Origin: Pseudoalteromonas tetraodonis
GTDB taxonomy: Bacteria > Pseudomonadota > Gammaproteobacteria > Enterobacterales > Alteromonadaceae
Length of the DNA stretch: 32,000 nucleotides
Direction: 5' to 3'
Assembly (NCBI RefSeq): GCF_002310835.1
Contig: NZ_CP011041.1
Span: forward strand, 480,001 to 512,000
Each line of letters starts with the position of its first letter. Within the stretch, counting starts at the first letter, position 1. The translations under genes and the position numbers were made by a program. This document shows positions 27,211-32,000 of the stretch, one piece after another. Below the pieces are notes generated by a model. The model was not told the DNA's origin. It worked only from the letters and a program-made list of their open reading frames with translations, and did no database searches.

Positions 27211-27647
27211 TGACCTCTAATCGTCCTTATTTACTACGCGCTTTTTTTGATTGGATTGTTGATAACGAATGCACACCACACTTAGTGGTTAATGCTGATT
27301 TTCCTGCAGTGCAAGTGCCAACACAGTTTGTCCAAGACGGCCAAATTGTATTGAACATAAGCCCTTCAGCGGTTACGCAGTTTTCGTTAGATAATTCTCA
27401 GCTTAGCTTTAACGCACGCTTTGGCGGTCAGCCAATGCAAGTGTACGTGCCTTTAGGGGCTGTACTTGCAATATATGCACGCGAAAATGGCGAAGGCACA
27501 GTCTTTACTGCAGATGAGTTTTTAGAGGACGAAGACGATTTTGCTCCAGAGCTTGAAAGTGTCGATTCATCACCTGACCTAGTTGGTGAAACACCTGATC
27601 ATAAGCGTGAAAAGAAAAAAGGCTCACATTTACGCGTTATAAAATAA
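27210..27647 (+). CDS. sspB: Stringent starvation protein B (ClpXP adaptor)
   Basis: 145 aa. RPYLLRAFFDWIVDNECTPHLVV.. with an acidic linker and a C-terminal LRVIK ClpX-binding tail. It starts at the sspA stop. Confidence 0.93.
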   Translation: MTSNRPYLLRAFFDWIVDNECTPHLVVNADFPAVQVPTQFVQDGQIVLNISPSAVTQFSLDNSQLSFNARFGGQPMQVYVPLGAVLAIYARENGEGTVFTADEFLEDEDDFAPELESVDSSPDLVGETPDHKREKKKGSHLRVIK

Positions 27648-27661
27648 CTCGTAAATGTTAG

Positions 27662-27691
27662 AAAAAAAACCGCTTAATAAGCGGTTTTTTT
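27662..27691 (+). terminator. Rho-independent terminator of sspAB
   Basis: aaaaaaaaccgctt-aata-agcggttttttt. Confidence 0.85.
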
Positions 27692-27708
27692 ATGCCTGAT
27701 TAAAAGTA

Positions 27709-27764
27709 GGCGAAAGGTGAAAGTTCACGGGCGACGAGCTGCGAGAAGCGGGTTAAGGTTGATT
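27709..27764. repeat. Degenerate heptad tract
   Basis: ggcgaaa ggtgaaa gttcacg ggcgacg agctgcg agaagcg ggttaag gttgatt. Confidence 0.8.
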
Positions 27765-27767
27765 GGT

Positions 27768-27790
27768 GTAGCAGCGGGTTTATTCCGCGC
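27768..27790 (+). repeat. REP-like hairpin element
   Basis: gtagcagcgggtttattccgcgc. Confidence 0.85.
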
Positions 27791-28066
27791 ATGTGGTTTT
27801 AGGTAATAAATTTATTCACAAAGAGGTTAAGAGACGCTGTGCTTTTAGAGCTAGTGAAAAAACAATTAATCACTCGGGCTCATGGTTATTGTTTTCTCAT
27901 TTACTGCTCATTCACTTCTCTTTGTGCAAAAAGATCTTGAAGAGATTCTATTTACCACAGAGGGTGCAGAGCACACAGAGAAAATGATTAAAAACATGTT
28001 TTATTTGCTTTGTCTTCTCTGTGTAGCGCGTAGCGCCTCGGTGTACTCTGTGGTAAGAAATGTTTT

Positions 28067-28089
28067 GTAGGCGGGGCTTTATGCCGCGC
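28067..28089 (+). repeat. REP-like hairpin element
   Basis: gtaggcggggctttatgccgcgc. Confidence 0.88.
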
Positions 28090-28354
28090 ATGTGGTTTTA
28101 GGTAATAAATTTATTCACAAAGAGGTTAAGAGACGCTGTGCTTTTAGAGCTAGTGAAAAAACAATTAATCACTCGGGCTCATGGTTATTGTTTTCTCATT
28201 TACTTCTCTTTGTGCAAAAAGATCTTGAAGAGATTCTATTTACCACAGAGGGTGCAGAGCACACAGAGAAAATGATTAAAAACATGTTTTATTTGCTTTG
28301 TCTTCTCTGTGTAGCGCGAAGCGCATCGGTGTTCTCTGTGGTAAGAAATGTTTT

Positions 28355-28377
28355 GTAGGCGGGGCTTTATTCCGCGC
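28355..28377 (+). repeat. REP-like hairpin element
   Basis: gtaggcggggctttattccgcgc. Confidence 0.88.
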
Positions 28378-28675
28378 ATGTGGTTTTAGGTAATAAATTT
28401 ATTCACAAAGAGGTTAAGAGACGCTGTGCTTTTAGAGCTAGTGAAAAAACAATTAATCACTCGGGCTCATGGTTATTGTTTTCTCATTTACTCCTCATTC
28501 ACTTCTCTTTGTGCAAAAAGATCTTAAAGAGATTTTATTCACCACAGAGGTGGCAGAGCACACAGAGGAAATGATTAAAGACATGTTTTATTTGTCCTGT
28601 CTTCTCTGTGTAGCGCGAAGCGTCTCTGTGTACTCTGTGGTAAAAATGTTTTACGCCGTGCAAGTTTGATTTAAG

Positions 28676-28717
28676 TTCACGAGCGACGGGCCTCATACCT
28701 AAAACCTTGAACCTAAT
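28676..28717. repeat. Degenerate heptad tract
   Basis: ttcacga gcgacgg gcctcat acctaaa accttga acctaat. Confidence 0.8.
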
Positions 28718-28720
28718 ACA

Positions 28721-28745
28721 CGCGGGGTGAACCCGCTGCTACAGG
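28721..28745 (-). repeat. REP-like hairpin element (reverse orientation)
   Basis: cgcggggtgaacccgctgctacagg. Confidence 0.85.
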
Positions 28746-28748
28746 TAT

Positions 28749-28782
28749 AAAAAAACCTTGCGATGTTAACCGCAAGGTTTTT
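28749..28782 (-). terminator. Rho-independent terminator of dolP (same conserved hairpin)
   Basis: aaaaaaa-ccttgcg-atgttaac-cgcaagg-ttttt. Confidence 0.8.
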
Positions 28783-28788
28783 AAATTT

Positions 28789-28880
28789 CTGAACCTCGAA
28801 CCTCGAACCTCGAACCTCGAACCTCGAACCTCGAACCTCGAACCTCGAACCTCGAACCTCGAACCTCGAACCTCGAACCT
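28789..28880. repeat. Heptamer array (TCGAACC)n, 12 perfect copies plus 1 variant
   Basis: Read directly. It ends 6 bp from the dolP stop codon. Confidence 0.97.
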
Positions 28881-28886
28881 TATTTT

Positions 28887-29462
28887 TTACAAATACTCAA
28901 ACACTTTAATAACGCGCTCTACGCCAGAGATATTACGGGCAATATTAACGGCTTGGTTTGCTTCAGCGTCAGATACTAGCCCCATTAAGTATACTTCGGC
29001 ATTTTCAGTCACTACTTTTATATTATTACTGCTGATGTTTTCAGCCGCTAAAAGCTGCGCTTTTACTTTTGAGGTTAACCATGAGTCGTGAGTTTGCGTG
29101 GTAATACCAATATTAGAGCCAATGCGTAGTTGGTTGTGAATTTTACGAATGCCAGATAGGTTCTCAATGGTTTTAAACGCTTGGTTTTTCATTTCTTGGT
29201 TCGGAACTTGCCCTACCATTAAAACCACGCCATTAACGCTTATAACGCTGATATGAGCAAACTTATTAAGACGTTCATCTTCACTAATAGCAATGCTGGC
29301 TTTTATTTCAATGTTGTTGTCGTCTATTTGCGAGCCAATGGTTCGTCTATCGTTTGCTGCAGTAACAGCACTGGCTGTGCCGGCCACTACAGCAGCAGCA
29401 CAACCTTGTAATAACACAACGGTGCCTAAAATAATCAGGGAGCGTTTAAACATAATTTTCAT
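28887..29462 (-). CDS. dolP: BON-domain outer-membrane lipoprotein DolP (YraP)
   Basis: 191 aa. Lipobox LLQGCAA and two BON domains. Conserved lpoA-yraN-diaA-dolP order as in E. coli. Confidence 0.88.
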   Translation of the reverse strand: MKIMFKRSLIILGTVVLLQGCAAAVVAGTASAVTAANDRRTIGSQIDDNNIEIKASIAISEDERLNKFAHISVISVNGVVLMVGQVPNQEMKNQAFKTIENLSGIRKIHNQLRIGSNIGITTQTHDSWLTSKVKAQLLAAENISSNNIKVVTENAEVYLMGLVSDAEANQAVNIARNISGVERVIKVFEYL

Positions 29463-30039
29463 CCTGCGGGAAAAGAGTTAAATCTACCAATTCACTTAAA
29501 CAGTGAAGGTTAACTAAATGCGATTCAATAATGCGACTAGGGCGTTTAGACGGTGTACGTATTTCTACATCGTTGTGCCCAAGTAAGCCAACGAGTTCGC
29601 CGCCATCATCACCTACCATTACTATGACCTTCATATCTTTGGTTAGTGCCGCTTCTACTGCAGAAATTATATGTTTTTCATTGCCATTAATTGCTAATGC
29701 AAGGAGCAAATCACCTTGCTGAGCAAAGGCACGTACTTGGCGTGCAAAAGTATCGTGGTCATCTATTTGATGGCCTTGACCTAGGTTAATATTTTCTTGG
29801 GAGAGAGCGATTGCAGGTAAGCAAGGGCGCTCTGTTTCGTAAAAGTTTACTAATACGCCAGCCATGTGTTGTGCCAACATGTGGCAGTTTGCTGTGCCGC
29901 AACATATCAGTTTATTACCATTGATCAGGCTTTGTGCAATGGTGAATGCCGCTGATTCCAATGCGCTAGGAAGTACTTCACCTGCTGCAATTTGAACTTG
30001 AATACTTTCTTTAAAAATTTCTTTTATTGTGTCTTGCAT
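29446..30039 (-). CDS. diaA: SIS-domain DnaA initiator-associating protein DiaA (GmhA-like)
   Basis: 197 aa, collinear with E. coli DiaA as I recall it (ESIQVQIAAGEVLP, NGNKLICCG, ERPCLPAIAL, DVEIRTPS). Conserved context. Confidence 0.85.
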   Translation of the reverse strand: MQDTIKEIFKESIQVQIAAGEVLPSALESAAFTIAQSLINGNKLICCGTANCHMLAQHMAGVLVNFYETERPCLPAIALSQENINLGQGHQIDDHDTFARQVRAFAQQGDLLLALAINGNEKHIISAVEAALTKDMKVIVMVGDDGGELVGLLGHNDVEIRTPSKRPSRIIESHLVNLHCLSELVDLTLFPQDENYV

Positions 30040-30190
30040 GGATTACCAACAATTAATATCTAATTCTGTGTGAGCTCACACCCGCTTTATTAAGGATGAT
30101 GATTTTTAGAAGCAGCTTGTTAATTTTTAACTACGCATTAATGCATTTAGCTGTTGTAATAATTGCTCACTCATTTGTATGTGCTCGGTA

Positions 30191-30562
30191 TTAAAATACG
30201 TTTTTTAGCCAGTTTATGTGTAGTGATGGCTCGCCTGTTATAGCAACATAATCAATACGTAATGGCTGATTCTTTAAGTTTTTAGCCGCGAGGTAATGAT
30301 AAATAGTTCGTCTTAATTTTGCTTGCTTTTGCGGGCTTAAAGCATAATTAGCGCCGCCTTTTATATTATTTTTACGAAACTTAACCTCAACAAACACTAA
30401 GGTGTCACCGTCTTTCATAATGACATCAAGTTCGCCATAGGGGCAGTAGTAATTACGCTCAATCGCTTTTAAGCCTTGTGCTTCTAAATACTTTTGCGCT
30501 TGGCGCTCATAATACTGGCCTTTTTCACGACTATTTTGCCACAGCTGTTTAAACCACGACAT
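30191..30562 (-). CDS. yraN: YraN family (UPF0102) endonuclease-like protein
   Basis: 123 aa. GELDVIMKDGDTLVFVEVKFR is the PD-(D/E)xK-like core typical of UPF0102. Conserved context. Confidence 0.85.
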   Translation of the reverse strand: MSWFKQLWQNSREKGQYYERQAQKYLEAQGLKAIERNYYCPYGELDVIMKDGDTLVFVEVKFRKNNIKGGANYALSPQKQAKLRRTIYHYLAAKNLKNQPLRIDYVAITGEPSLHINWLKNVF

Positions 30563-30571
30563 GTCGACCCC

Positions 30572-32000
30572 TTAGTTAATTATGGTTATGCCATCGTTAG
30601 CTGATTGCATAAATAGCGGTACAGGGCGTTGTGTTTTTAACTCCACCGGTTTTATTCGGCGGTTGCTGTACTGAGCCCATTGCAGTGAACGTTCAATATC
30701 ACCGGCACTATTAATCGACAATTTACCGCTCAACCCTGAAAAGTATTTATCGGGTGTAACACTCAATTGTCTAATATCGTTAAGCATGGTGACGGAATCA
30801 TAAGCCATCGCAAATAAACGTTGGCTTATATCGGCTTGTTCAGGCCATAAATCATTGTATTGCTGACGCAGATTATGTTGCTTAATTTGTGAGTCTAACA
30901 TCCAAGGCAGTTCAGTAAAGTAGAGTCCGTCTAAATCACCTTTGTCAGTGGTATCTATTTGCTTACTGTGGCTTTTAGAGCTGGCGTAAATAGGAATTCT
31001 ATCGGCAAAGGTACTCACATTAACATCAAGGTAAGGCTTAATTAATCGGGTTTCAATGGCGTCGCCGAGTATGTAAATGGCATCAATATCTCCACGTGAG
31101 CGTGTTTCGCTTTCAACTTCTTTATTAAAAAGTGCTTTAACAGATTTAATACGCTCTTTTGACTTATCAACTTCTAACAAGCTAGTAATCGTATTGGGCA
31201 TATCTTTGTTATCGTTGTAAAAACCAACTTGCGTGGTTGTTTCACTATAGCGTTGCCACTGCAGATTAAAGTAGTCAACTAAGCGCTGGCCATTGGTATT
31301 ATTTGGCGCTAGCAACATCGGCTTTTGATAACCCTGTGCTAAAAAGTGCTCTAGCGTTTGCTGTACTTCATGTTCAGGATTAAGCGCAAAAAAGTAATGT
31401 TGCAGCGAGGTTCTTTCGCCATCAAAGGTATTTAAATGTAAGGTGGGTATATCGAGTAATGTATTGATATTAGCGAGCTTATCTATATTGGCTTTTAATA
31501 GTGGACCAATAACAAAGTCAGGCTGTAACTGAGAAATTTGTGCGCTCAACGCTTCTGTTTCAGTGTTTTCATCTATAAACAGTGTTTCGTTGATCTCTTT
31601 TTTATCAAGGGCTGCCAATATACCGGCTTTTAAGGCATCCCCAAGGCGCTTATTAGCACCTGACTGAGGCAGTAAAACAACCAAACGCTCAATATTAATT
31701 GGCGCTAATTCATTAGCATACGTTTCTTGTTTTGGCAGTACATTGTTACCAGGATGCCCCAGGTAACGGCGGCGCCAATTATTAATGGCTTGGTCTAAAT
31801 CAACCGAGCTGTTGGCGTAAACTTGATGATACAAAGCTAAGTTAACCCAACCTTGTTGGATCACAGAACCACGGTTAAATCGTTCTAATGCGTAAGATGA
31901 GAGTTGCTTTAAATTTTTCCAAAGTGCATCACTAAGCTGAGGAATTGAAATAGTGTTTTTAGTTGCAGATTCTGACGCCGCAAAAAAATAGGGTGCAGCA
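30572..32000 (-). CDS. lpoA: Penicillin-binding protein activator LpoA (partial; N-terminus beyond the window end)
   Basis: The reading frame stays open upstream of the ORF-track GTG at 31864 all the way to base 32000 (..LWKNLKQLSSYALERFNRGSVIQQGW..). It has a periplasmic-binding-protein-like C-terminal domain and sits upstream of yraN as in E. coli. Confidence 0.85.
   Translation of the reverse strand, partial: AAPYFFAASESATKNTISIPQLSDALWKNLKQLSSYALERFNRGSVIQQGWVNLALYHQVYANSSVDLDQAINNWRRRYLGHPGNNVLPKQETYANELAPINIERLVVLLPQSGANKRLGDALKAGILAALDKKEINETLFIDENTETEALSAQISQLQPDFVIGPLLKANIDKLANINTLLDIPTLHLNTFDGERTSLQHYFFALNPEHEVQQTLEHFLAQGYQKPMLLAPNNTNGQRLVDYFNLQWQRYSETTTQVGFYNDNKDMPNTITSLLEVDKSKERIKSVKALFNKEVESETRSRGDIDAIYILGDAIETRLIKPYLDVNVSTFADRIPIYASSKSHSKQIDTTDKGDLDGLYFTELPWMLDSQIKQHNLRQQYNDLWPEQADISQRLFAMAYDSVTMLNDIRQLSVTPDKYFSGLSGKLSINSAGDIERSLQWAQYSNRRIKPVELKTQRPVPLFMQSANDGITIIN

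Larger units (their letters stand above)
27767..28652. repeat. Three tandem copies (299, 288 and about 299 bp) of a composite structured repeat: REP-like hairpin + X hairpin + Y hairpin
   Basis: Units start at 27767, 28066 and 28354; unit 2 lacks 12 bp (ctcattcacttc-type). Each unit has three parts: GTAGGCGGGGCTTTATKCCGCGC; an X module with arms cacaaagag ... ctctttgtg; and a Y module with arms ccacagag..cacagagaa ... ttctctgtg..ctctgtgg (Y copies at 27955-28053, 28243-28341, 28542-28640). Confidence 0.93.

Noticed and set aside
27793-28669. Five small ORFs (62-88 aa; MVLGNKFIHKEVKRR.. and MVIVFSF..) repeated in the triplicated region
   Set aside because: They recur only because the DNA unit is triplicated. 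The 12-bp indel in unit 2 fuses two of them, which shows there is no frame conservation. They have no RBS and lie across hairpin arms, so the sequence is better explained as structured non-coding repeats.

Overview
This is 32 kb from an AT-rich gammaproteobacterial chromosome. Gene order (rplM-rpsI-petABC-sspAB; dolP-diaA-yraN-lpoA) and a family II pyrophosphatase look Alteromonadales / Pseudoalteromonas-like, but the taxon is inference.

Bases 1-13270 are the distal part of a plus-strand O-antigen/capsule cluster. It contains manC (partial), manB, gmd, fcl/colC and colD (the GDP-colitose branch), an acetyltransferase, a GT10 and a GT11 fucosyl/colitosyl-transferase, wzx, wzy, two GT2 enzymes and galU. 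The transferase/wzx/wzy core is visibly more AT-rich than the rest.

Bases 13.3-32 kb carry conserved housekeeping genes: an MFS transporter, a beta-CASP MBL nuclease, ppaC, mutM, rplM-rpsI, petABC, sspAB, dolP, diaA, yraN and lpoA (partial).

The unusual part is the non-coding DNA. Almost every long intergenic gap in the housekeeping half is built from 7-bp-period repeats. Two giant arrays, (CTGACCG)~75 at 20610-21138 and (GGTTCAA)92 at 22258-22901, bracket rplM-rpsI. Three diverged paralogues of the small four-helix-bundle Avd / 23S-rRNA-IVS protein family (15643-15987, 20149-20496, 22982-23329) sit as solitary genes inside these repeat tracts.

Other repeats are also present:
- A conserved cassette of REP-like hairpin, terminator hairpin and heptamer array occurs three times directly behind minus-strand stop codons.
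- REP-like hairpins occur in both orientations.
- A 3x tandem ~290-bp structured composite repeat lies at 27767-28652.

I recognised no rRNA, tRNA, CRISPR, transposase, integrase or reverse transcriptase gene. Identity and GC statements are by-eye estimates, not computed values.
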